This document shows positions 1-6,744 of a DNA stretch of 12,616 bases, piece by piece; within the stretch, counting starts at the first letter, position 1, and each line of letters begins with the position of its first letter. The notes beneath the pieces are model-generated. The model worked only from the letters and a program-made list of their open reading frames with translations. It was not told the origin of the DNA and did no database searches. A program made the position numbers and the translations under genes. Source of the stretch: Candidatus Oleincola secundus (GTDB lineage Bacteria > Atribacterota > Phoenicimicrobiia > Phoenicimicrobiales > Stramentimicrobiaceae); contig JAGYLS010000050.1 of NCBI GenBank assembly GCA_018400815.1, positions 1 to 12,616 of the forward strand. The letters run 5' to 3'.

Positions 1-300
1 GATATGCGGTATATGTTCCGTGGTTGTTCTTCTGCGGACATTACCGGGACAGATAATTGGACAATAGAAGCGGTTGCAGATTTTACAAACTTTTTATTAG
101 AGGCATCACTTTCTACTGCAAATTATGATGCAACACTGATTGCCTGGGATGCGCAAGACCCGGTTAATTCTTTGGATGTGCATTTTGGCAATAGTAAATA
201 TACGGCTGGAGGTGCAGCGGAAGCGGCAAGAACTTCCTTGGCAACTGCACCCCCCGGCGGTGATGGCTGGACAATAACAGATGGAGGAGCGGCGCCATGA
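1..300 (+). CDS. C-terminal part of a BspA-type/DUF285-like repeat surface protein (5' truncated by the window edge)
   Basis: Frame is open from base 1. It shows the last repeat (DMRYMFRGCS...NW.I..V.DF.NF), then the typical C-terminal cap LSTANYDATLIAW...FGNSKYT...AAR.SL...GWTITDGG. The stop overlaps the next ATG (ATGA). Confidence 0.7.
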   Translation, partial: DMRYMFRGCSSADITGTDNWTIEAVADFTNFLLEASLSTANYDATLIAWDAQDPVNSLDVHFGNSKYTAGGAAEAARTSLATAPPGGDGWTITDGGAAP

Positions 301-986
301 AACAAATTATAACTGTAATTTGCCTATTAATATCCTCAACTGCGTTTGCAGCTATCACGACTGTAAAACCAACCGAGGAGCCTGCTTACTGGATTGTCAG
401 GATAAATGATTCGGCGGTGCATTACGGCACTACGGAGTTGGGACTTGAGACCATTTCAGGGCATCAATTAATTGGTGTCGAGGGGCATAATGATTTTCTA
501 TCTGAAATATTGCCCTATGCAAATGAGTTTCCCGATTTACCAGATTCCGGGATGCTTGAAGAAGGCATAATTTATAATTGGAACGGACAGGCTGTTATTG
601 TCCGGCAGTCTCACGAGCGAACAATCTATGATCCTGATCAAACCCCAGCGCTATTTCTTTTCTATCAGGAAGGTGCTGGAACTCTTGGTTGGATAGTCGG
701 AGAGCAGGTTGAAGTCGGAATGAAACGGGAATATGACGGGACTGTGTACTCCTGCATACAACCCCATGTAACGCAGGCAGAATGGACGCCGGATACTGCT
801 ACTGCGTTGTGGGATGAGGTGCAGGAGGGTATAGAAGAGTGGGTACAGCCGACCGGCCAGCATGATGCCTACAACACAGGCGATAAGGTTATTTTTGAGG
901 GACATATTTGGGAAAGCCTTATAGATGCTAACGTTTGGTCACCAGCAGTCTATCCGCAAGGATGGACAGATTTGGGGGCGCAGTGA
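297..986 (+). CDS. Carbohydrate-binding protein with CBM5/12 (chitin-binding-like) repeats and an N-terminal signal-peptide-like segment
   Basis: GGAGGAG RBS upstream and an MKQIITVICLLISSTAFA leader. Trp-rich modules WIVGEQVEVG..REYDGTVYSCIQPHVTQAEWTP..ATALW and EWVQPTGQHDAYNTGDKVIFEG..WES.IDANVWSP..YPQGW, plus a degenerate third module ending RQSH...PDQTPALF. Confidence 0.8.
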   Translation: MKQIITVICLLISSTAFAAITTVKPTEEPAYWIVRINDSAVHYGTTELGLETISGHQLIGVEGHNDFLSEILPYANEFPDLPDSGMLEEGIIYNWNGQAVIVRQSHERTIYDPDQTPALFLFYQEGAGTLGWIVGEQVEVGMKREYDGTVYSCIQPHVTQAEWTPDTATALWDEVQEGIEEWVQPTGQHDAYNTGDKVIFEGHIWESLIDANVWSPAVYPQGWTDLGAQ

Positions 987-1063
987 AACGCTTAGACTAT
1001 TTACTAATCAGCCTGTCATTTTTTCTAATGTCATGGCTGATTTTGGTGCGATACTATGACTGA
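983..1063 (+). CDS. Putative 26-aa single-pass membrane microprotein (MKRLDYLLISLSFFLMSWLILVRYYD)
   Basis: GTG start overlaps the upstream stop (GTGA), with GGGGG at 974-978 upstream. It fills the gap to the next gene and overlaps its start. Hydrophobic core flanked by basic residues. Below the ORF-track size cutoff. Confidence 0.45.
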   Translation: MKRLDYLLISLSFFLMSWLILVRYYD

Positions 1064-1370
1064 TGAAGAGCTTGAACAATTGGCTGACAAACTTGCGTTA
1101 AGGCTGGATTTGACATGTTCATGCGGGCTGACAAAGGACGAACAGAAAGAGGTAAGGCATTTTGTGGGCATGGTGTCAGACGTTGGGGACGGTGAGCTAT
1201 TCCGTGGGGTTGAAAATTTCCGGGAAATCGGAAAACGGTTCAAACGAATGACTAAGGTTTCCGAATGGCTTGCCAGGGCGATATTGACAGCCATGGCGTT
1301 GCTGGCTCTTTCAGGAACGGTGTGTGCCATTAAAAAAGGAATCGAATACATGATTAAGGAGTTAAAATAA
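1056..1370 (+). CDS. Phage membrane protein with one C-terminal TM helix (holin/antiholin-like)
   Basis: Soluble helical N-terminus, hydrophobic AILTAMALLALSGTVCAI, basic tail; lies in the lysis cassette. Confidence 0.55.
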   Translation: MTDEELEQLADKLALRLDLTCSCGLTKDEQKEVRHFVGMVSDVGDGELFRGVENFREIGKRFKRMTKVSEWLARAILTAMALLALSGTVCAIKKGIEYMIKELK

Positions 1371-1558
1371 TGACAAAAATCGATAAATTAATTAAATGGC
1401 TGAAACAGCCCTCCAGCATCCGGGCTATCGTGATCCTGGCAGGTCTGGCAGGCTATACAATAACGCCTGAAATACTTGGTGCTGCCGGTGCGCTGCTGGG
1501 ATTATATGAACTGTTTCGGGACGAGGATAAGCAGATTAAGAAGGCGTCTGAAAAATGA
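1370..1558 (+). CDS. Putative small holin (2 TM)
   Basis: AAGGAG RBS. Pattern WLKQPSS-IRAIVILAGLAG-YTITPE-ILGAAGALLGLYELF with a charged C-tail; two genes upstream of the endolysin. Confidence 0.7.
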   Translation: MTKIDKLIKWLKQPSSIRAIVILAGLAGYTITPEILGAAGALLGLYELFRDEDKQIKKASEK

Positions 1559-1803
1559 AATATATTGCATTGCTATTTATCATGTTATTAATCGTGGGAT
1601 GTTCCACGGTATCTGTTGAGTATGGCGATGCCAGGGTCACATCTACCCGATTATTCGTTTCGCAGGATTTGTCCGGGTTGAATATTATAACCCCGGATGG
1701 AGTTAAGGTTATTTTGGACAAGAAAACCGATTCGGTTGATGAAGTGAGGGTTCAAGAGCTTAGTCAGGCGATAGCTGAATTTATAGGAACGGTAGTAGAA
1801 TAA
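1555..1803 (+). CDS. Lipoprotein, possibly a spanin component
   Basis: Signal MKYIALLFIMLL with lipobox IVG-C16; sits between the holin-like gene and the endolysin; ATGA and TAATG overlaps with neighbours. Confidence 0.6.
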   Translation: MKYIALLFIMLLIVGCSTVSVEYGDARVTSTRLFVSQDLSGLNIITPDGVKVILDKKTDSVDEVRVQELSQAIAEFIGTVVE

Positions 1804-2153
1804 TGGGCGATCTAACACATAACTTCAGTCGTTGGGAGTTTGCTTGCAAGTGTGGCTGTGGATTTGATACGGTTGATTACGAGCTTTTAACCTTGCTTCA
1901 GGATTTCCGTCGGCATTTTGGACGGCGAATAGTAATTTATTCTGGAGTGAGATGCAGTAGTTATAACGCTCTGGTTGGCGGAGCAACGGACTCCCAACAC
2001 TTAGTTGGCAAAGCTGCTGATTTTCATATTGAAGGGATAATCCCGGAGATGGTTTATAATTATCTCAATGACAGATTTCCAAATAAGTACGGAATCGGGC
2101 TTTATGAATGGGGAATTCATTTTGATGTGAGATCAGACAAGGCGAGGTGGTGA
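1803..2153 (+). CDS. Endolysin, Zn peptidase M15A family (YcbK/Peptidase_M15_3-like)
   Basis: NFSRWEFACKCGCG N-terminus, SGVRC..YN..VGGA, Zn-ligand motifs SQHLVGKAAD and IHFDVR, terminal ARW. Confidence 0.92.
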   Translation: MGDLTHNFSRWEFACKCGCGFDTVDYELLTLLQDFRRHFGRRIVIYSGVRCSSYNALVGGATDSQHLVGKAADFHIEGIIPEMVYNYLNDRFPNKYGIGLYEWGIHFDVRSDKARW

Positions 2154-2413
2154 TGATTAGAAAATACTGTGTAAATATTCTTATTTCCATTGACCAGCTT
2201 GGGAATACAATCCTTGGCGGCGATCCAGACGAAACAATATCAAGCCGGATTGGAAGATTCAAATTTGCTCATGATGGCAAGATTCCTTGGACAGCGCCGT
2301 TGTTAAAGATAATTGATTGGTGTTTGGATAAGATTGACCCTAATCACTGCATTGATGCGATTGAGGGTGATGAAGGAAAAGATGAAGTTAACCCGTGGAG
2401 TTTAGGAAAGTGA
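2153..2413 (+). CDS. Conserved phage protein of the 'DQLGNT-GGDPDETISSR' type, function unknown
   Basis: Motif NILISIDQLGNTILGGDPDETISSR.G...IIDW...NHC..AIE.DEG, which I recognise from phage lysis/tail regions. ATG 2153 (TGATG overlap) is preferred over GTG 2147. Confidence 0.75.
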   Translation: MIRKYCVNILISIDQLGNTILGGDPDETISSRIGRFKFAHDGKIPWTAPLLKIIDWCLDKIDPNHCIDAIEGDEGKDEVNPWSLGK

Positions 2414-2438
2414 AATATAACCAGCGGGTAGAGTTCGA

Positions 2439-2470
2439 CGATGATCCCGAAACAGATTTCGGGATCATCG
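2439..2470. repeat. Perfect 14-bp inverted repeat with 4-nt loop
   Basis: CGATGATCCCGAAA (2439-2452) - CAGA - TTTCGGGATCATCG (2457-2470). Confidence 0.95.
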
Positions 2471-2493
2471 CCCCTTTCCAACAATTTAATGAA

Positions 2494-2868
2494 ATGAAAA
2501 GATTATTTTTTGCGCTAATAATTGTGTTGTTCATGTGTTCCGTGGTTTGTGCTGAAACTGTCGGCCTTCAATGGGATGCGAGTCCCGATAGTCGAGTAAC
2601 AGGATATATTGTTTACTGGCAAGAAGACGGAACGACAGAGGAGTATCATATTGATGTTGGAGATGCGCTTACCATTGAATTGCCTTCTTATTTTGAACAG
2701 GGCAAAACATACGACTTTTGGGCAACTGCTTATGATGCAAACGGCTTTGAAAGCGCTCCGTCTAATATTTTAACTTATACATTTCCAGCCAATATGGTTC
2801 CAACTGAAGATGTTGTGCCGGAATTGGTCGATACACTGGATGCACCAGGGGGGTTGAATCAAATATGA
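2494..2868 (+). CDS. Fibronectin type III domain protein with signal peptide
   Basis: ATG 2494 gives the signal MKRLFFALIIVLFMCSVVCA, then the FN3 pattern V.LQWDAS...V.GY.VYW...G.TY.F.ATAYD..G.ES..SN. The track start at 2395 runs through the palindrome and is probably too long. Confidence 0.8.
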   Translation: MKRLFFALIIVLFMCSVVCAETVGLQWDASPDSRVTGYIVYWQEDGTTEEYHIDVGDALTIELPSYFEQGKTYDFWATAYDANGFESAPSNILTYTFPANMVPTEDVVPELVDTLDAPGGLNQI

Positions 2869-3641
2869 TATACCATATCACAGAAAAAGTACTCAAATTC
2901 TGGAACGATATATCCGGAACTGGAAACCCGGTGATATTGAACAAGGACATGAAGACACCTCCGATTGGTATCGGTTTTCCGTTTGAGTTTTTCGGCGAAA
3001 CCTATACCGATGTTGTCATAAGTTCTCGTGGTGGGGTGCTGTTCAGTCCTTTTTATCAGCGACTTTATCCGACTTCAGAAAAAATCCCGACACCGGGTGG
3101 AATAGCGGACAATGCGATATGGGCTTTATTCGACTATCTTGAACCGCCATACTCGTGAGGCAATAAGCCAAGTGTTTGGCATGCTATCCGTGGGATAGCG
3201 CCGGAAAGAGAGTTTATTATCCAATTTCAGGATTGGAAATTTCCGTATGAAGACTTCCAACATACTTTTCAGATTGTTCTTTGTGAATCCGGGGATATCA
3301 AGATAAACTATAGTGATGTGACGTTCAGAGCTATGGATCGGCACAAAACCTATGCAGGAATCGAGAACCGGAATGGTCAGCAGGGCTTGGCTTATGATCC
3401 GTTTGAGAACTTGACAACTGGAGATGTCTTTTTCGATGATGGAAACGATTATTTTCGAGTAACGGATACAGCCGTCATTTTCTCAACCCGGCAGGAGCAT
3501 GAGGAAGAACCAGAGCCAAAACCGCCTGAACCGGATACAGACCCGGATACAGACCCGGAAAATGATATCGAGGGGGCCCGTGCATTTCTGGAGCAGGCGG
3601 TTATGCTGATTGAGCAAGCTATGAAAAAATTGGGAAGCTAA
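2865..3641 (+). CDS. Nidogen (NIDO)-like domain protein, 258 codons, with one in-frame TGA at codon 98 (recoded, or a recent pseudogene)
   Basis: Track ORFs 2865-3158 and 3318-3641 share a frame, and 3159-3317 is open. The domain pattern runs across the stop: W.DI..TG...IGFPFEFFG.TY..V.ISS.G...IP.PG...NAI....DYL.P * ...V.....G.AP.R.FIIQF..W...TFQIVL.E.G.I...Y...AGIEN..G..GL.Y. A P/E/D linker and a C-terminal amphipathic helix follow. Confidence 0.75.
3167..3205 (+). promoter_or_regulatory. SECIS-like / readthrough stem-loop downstream of the in-frame TGA
   Basis: Upper stem GCTATCC (3183-3189)/GGATAGC (3193-3199) with a GTG loop, an AT bulge and lower stem TTTGGC/GCCGGA. An alternative hairpin is GCCAA-GTGT-TTGGC (3167-3180). 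Confidence 0.35.
3531..3559 (+). repeat. 12-bp tandem repeat (CCGGATACAGAC x2.4) encoding a PDTD linker
   Basis: Units at 3531-3542 and 3543-3554, partial at 3555-3559. Confidence 0.9.
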
Positions 3642-3676
3642 ATTTTGATTAATACTATTAATAAACGGTAAATAAT

Positions 3677-4504
3677 ATGAATCTTGTTACAGATATATGC
3701 GGTGTAAATTCTAATTCTTATATATCATTAGCCGATGCTGAAACTTATATTTCAGATTACAGCCGATTAGCTTCATCTGATTCTTGGAATGATCTTACAG
3801 ATGATAGAAAAAAGTTTGCTTTATCTTTAGCAGCAATGGCTATAAATACTTTTAGTTATAGGGGGATGCCGTGTACTAATACTCAGCGGTTAGCCTTTCC
3901 AAGATTTACTTGGTATCAGATAAATGAGGAAGGTAAAACGCAATACAAAAGTTTTTTTTGGGCTACCCGACCATCTGAAATAACAAGTATAATGGACGAT
4001 GCCCAAATAAAAATATTAAATAATAGATTATATGACTGCACTTCAAGTGCAGACGGCTTTTATAACAATTATTATAATGGATATATTGATATCAACCAAA
4101 TAATAAAAGTAACAGGGCTTTCATGTTCTTCCTATTTAACGATAAAAGATATTGATGATGATGGGGAATATATTGAAGTAAAAGAAACTATTACTGATGA
4201 AGATGCTCCTACAGCCGGAGTTGATATTGATGCAATCCCTTTATTTGGTTTTCCTGATGAAGTCGGGCAAGCACAAGTTGAAGTGGCTATACAAACCATC
4301 AATACTGATATTTTTCAAGAAACTATTGGAACATTACCAGAACCATTGCCTATGTACTTTACATTAGGAGGGACATTGCAGGTAATGTACGGAAGACATT
4401 TATACGGTACAAGTAAATTTTCAAAAGACCAAACAAGCCCATTAGATATTGTCTATTATTTGTTGGGGCCGTGGATTGCAGGAATAGGAGGCAGAATTGT
4501 TTAA
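3677..4504 (+). CDS. Head-tail adaptor (the family often annotated 'DnaT-like ssDNA-binding'), with an inserted domain
   Basis: NSYISLADAETY...W..L....K..AL..A...I....Y.G...Q.LAFPR ... PDEV..AQ.EVA ... V..LL.PW; first gene of the neck module. Confidence 0.8.
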   Translation: MNLVTDICGVNSNSYISLADAETYISDYSRLASSDSWNDLTDDRKKFALSLAAMAINTFSYRGMPCTNTQRLAFPRFTWYQINEEGKTQYKSFFWATRPSEITSIMDDAQIKILNNRLYDCTSSADGFYNNYYNGYIDINQIIKVTGLSCSSYLTIKDIDDDGEYIEVKETITDEDAPTAGVDIDAIPLFGFPDEVGQAQVEVAIQTINTDIFQETIGTLPEPLPMYFTLGGTLQVMYGRHLYGTSKFSKDQTSPLDIVYYLLGPWIAGIGGRIV

Positions 4505-4883
4505 AGTAATAGAAAATAAGGCTAAATCAGTATTAAATTTATTATTTAATGATGCTGATTTAGTGACTCCTGTAACATATAAAAAGTTTGTATCATCTAC
4601 TTATGATGAATCTACTGGTAAAACCACCTTTACTTATTCTGAATACAGCATAGATGCTATCAGAAGTAACACAGCATTAGAAGCACAAGGATCATCTACA
4701 GTATTGAGTGCTATTGGCTTTGAGGCAGGTGAAATGTTCTTTTATTTAAGAGCTGAAGATATGCCAAGAACTAATTTGTACGATCCTGAAATATTAAAAG
4801 ATTTTATAATTACATCTGATAATGATTATGCTATAAAAAAATGTGTGCCTATATTTAATATATTTTGTAAGATAAGAGTTTAG
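4497..4883 (+). CDS. Head closure / head-tail joining protein
   Basis: TTG start with GGAGG RBS at 4487-4491; VTY......YD..TG pattern; size and synteny fit. Confidence 0.65.
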   Translation: MFKVIENKAKSVLNLLFNDADLVTPVTYKKFVSSTYDESTGKTTFTYSEYSIDAIRSNTALEAQGSSTVLSAIGFEAGEMFFYLRAEDMPRTNLYDPEILKDFIITSDNDYAIKKCVPIFNIFCKIRV

Positions 4884-4886
4884 AAC

Positions 4887-5339
4887 ATGAGTAAATTTAC
4901 AGATGCTATAAGAGATTTTAAAGAAAAAGTGGACAGGAAAACTGACAAAGTTTTTTCAAGGTCATGTAGAACTATATCTTATAAAATAGCTGATAAAACA
5001 CCTGTAAGTAAAGGAAAACTATTGGGTAGTTGGACTCCTTCACTAAATACAAGGCAAACTGATTATTTCAGAGGAGGGCCTTCTGCTTGGCATATTTTAG
5101 GCAAAGACGAAAGAATTGAGGTTGAAAATAAAGCAAAAGCCATGTCTAATATTATACCTAAAATAGAATCAAAAACTGTCGACTTGACTAAACAGGACAC
5201 TTATTATTTTGTAAATGGGGTTTCGTATGCAAGACAAGCAGAATATGAAGGGTGGAAACTTACTGGCCGTTATCTTATGGTCACACGTTCTGCACAAGAA
5301 TGGGATTTAATAGTTAAAGAAGAGGCTAAACTTGTCTAA
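4887..5339 (+). CDS. HK97 gp10-like neck/tail completion protein
   Basis: TPVSKGKLLGSW (TPVDTG.LR.SW-like) and N..SYA...EYEG motifs; synteny. Confidence 0.8.
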   Translation: MSKFTDAIRDFKEKVDRKTDKVFSRSCRTISYKIADKTPVSKGKLLGSWTPSLNTRQTDYFRGGPSAWHILGKDERIEVENKAKAMSNIIPKIESKTVDLTKQDTYYFVNGVSYARQAEYEGWKLTGRYLMVTRSAQEWDLIVKEEAKLV

Positions 5340-5751
5340 TTATACTGAAATAAACGGGCTGTTTAATGATAAACTGGCTGAGGTATCTGATCTGCCTGTA
5401 TGGAAAAGAGAGAATAAATATATAGAATTTGATGATAATGAGTTATACTTAACTACCTATTTAGTAAATGCTCCCTCACAAAATACTTGTTTAGGTTCCA
5501 ATGCTGATACTTACGAATCCGGTACTTTTATTATAAATGTTAGTATGGTAAGAGGTAATGGTTGGGGCTATGGGTATGATTGGGTAGATACTTTTGTTAC
5601 TCATTTTAAAAGAGGCACACAATTGACTAATTCATCTGTTTGTCTTACTGTAAATATTAAGAAAGCATATCCTGTAGCTGGATTTTATAATGACTACGGA
5701 AGATATGTTATACCAATACATATAGAATACTATACTTTTGTAAATATCTAA
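5332..5751 (+). CDS. Tail terminator protein (DUF4128-like)
   Basis: TTG start with GAGG upstream. EN....F....YL...L..A......LG......G.F.I.V....G.G......D....HFKRGT.L; immediately precedes the tail tube gene. Confidence 0.75.
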   Translation: MSNYTEINGLFNDKLAEVSDLPVWKRENKYIEFDDNELYLTTYLVNAPSQNTCLGSNADTYESGTFIINVSMVRGNGWGYGYDWVDTFVTHFKRGTQLTNSSVCLTVNIKKAYPVAGFYNDYGRYVIPIHIEYYTFVNI

Positions 5752-5767
5752 TTAAGGAGAATATAAT

Positions 5768-6694
5768 ATGACATGCGAAATAACCGCTGCTGTAGGCAGT
5801 CAATTTCAAGCGAGTTATGCTGTAGAAGATGCGAGTTGTTGGGGTTCGTTGCCTTCCTCGTACACAGTATATAATTTAAGAGTAACTGGTTTTGGGATTC
5901 AGTTAGGAAAAGATTCTTTCCAAAGTGCTGAACTTAGAAGTGATAGGCAAATTAGCGATTTCCGGCACGGAATGTATAACGTAGCCGGGGATATCCCTGT
6001 TGAATTATCTTACGGGGCTTTTGATGATTTGATTGCTGCTGCTATGTTCGAGGATTGGGCTTCAGACGATACTATCGAAACAGGCACAACGCGAAAATCT
6101 TTGAGGATTCAACGCTATTTTTCTGATATTACCCAATACCATGAGTTTACGGGATGTATTCCGAGTTCTTGGAGTGTATCTATAGCCCCCAATACCATTA
6201 TTACTTCTACATTTAGTTTTGTAGGAGAAACTATGGTAACCTCACAAACTTTATCTGGAGCAATTGATAAAGCTACTAACTCCCCGTTCGATAGTTTTAG
6301 TGGGTATATCCGAGAAGGTGGAAATTCAAGCTCGGATGAAATTGCTGTTGTTACTGGTTTAGATTTTACTTTGGATAACAATATTACCCCCATGCAAGTA
6401 GTTGGGAGCCAAACATCGATGGGTATGGCTGAAGGAAGGGCTAATCTTACCGGAACCTTAACAGCTTATTTTAATGGTTCGACTTTGTTAAATAAGTTCC
6501 TCAATGAAATTGAGTCAGTATTGCAGTTTCAGCTTTCGGACGGTTCTAATACTATGGAATTTTATATGCCCCGTATCGTGTATAGTGGTGGGGATATTTC
6601 AGTTGATGGTGAAGGGCCTTGTACCATGTCAATGCCTTTTCAAGCATTGTATGACAGTTCTTCCAGCATCAATACGTTACAGATTAGCAGATAA
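5768..6694 (+). CDS. Major tail tube protein (non-contractile, Phage_tube_2-like)
   Basis: AAGGAG RBS at 5754-5759. Motifs S.ELRSDRQISDFRHG...V.GDI..ELSYG.FDDL, ..F.DI.QY..F.GC, F.LDNN, G.A..TG.LTAYF...L.NKF.NE, MPFQALYD. Confidence 0.92.
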   Translation: MTCEITAAVGSQFQASYAVEDASCWGSLPSSYTVYNLRVTGFGIQLGKDSFQSAELRSDRQISDFRHGMYNVAGDIPVELSYGAFDDLIAAAMFEDWASDDTIETGTTRKSLRIQRYFSDITQYHEFTGCIPSSWSVSIAPNTIITSTFSFVGETMVTSQTLSGAIDKATNSPFDSFSGYIREGGNSSSDEIAVVTGLDFTLDNNITPMQVVGSQTSMGMAEGRANLTGTLTAYFNGSTLLNKFLNEIESVLQFQLSDGSNTMEFYMPRIVYSGGDISVDGEGPCTMSMPFQALYDSSSSINTLQISR

Positions 6695-6699
6695 ACATA

Positions 6700-6720
6700 G
6701 AAGGGGCATTCAGCCCCTTC
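6700..6720 (+). terminator. GC-rich stem-loop after the tail tube gene (weak terminator or mRNA 3' stabiliser)
   Basis: GAAGGGGC-ATTCA-GCCCCTTC, an 8-bp perfect stem with only a poor U-tract downstream. Confidence 0.55.
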
Positions 6721-6744
6721 ACTAAACTTTAAGGAGAAATTATT

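Noticed and set aside
2395..2493. N-terminal 33-aa extension of the FN3 protein
   Set aside because: It would bury a clean signal peptide starting at ATG 2494, and it merely translates the palindrome region.
3318..3641. Independent 107-aa gene starting at GTG 3318
   Set aside because: No clear RBS, and it begins mid-domain; it is the in-frame continuation of the 2865 gene.
3645..3676. Sigma70 promoter (TTGATT plus AT-rich -10) before the adaptor gene
   Set aside because: No good -10 hexamer at 16-18 nt spacing; the match is likely chance in AT-rich sequence.
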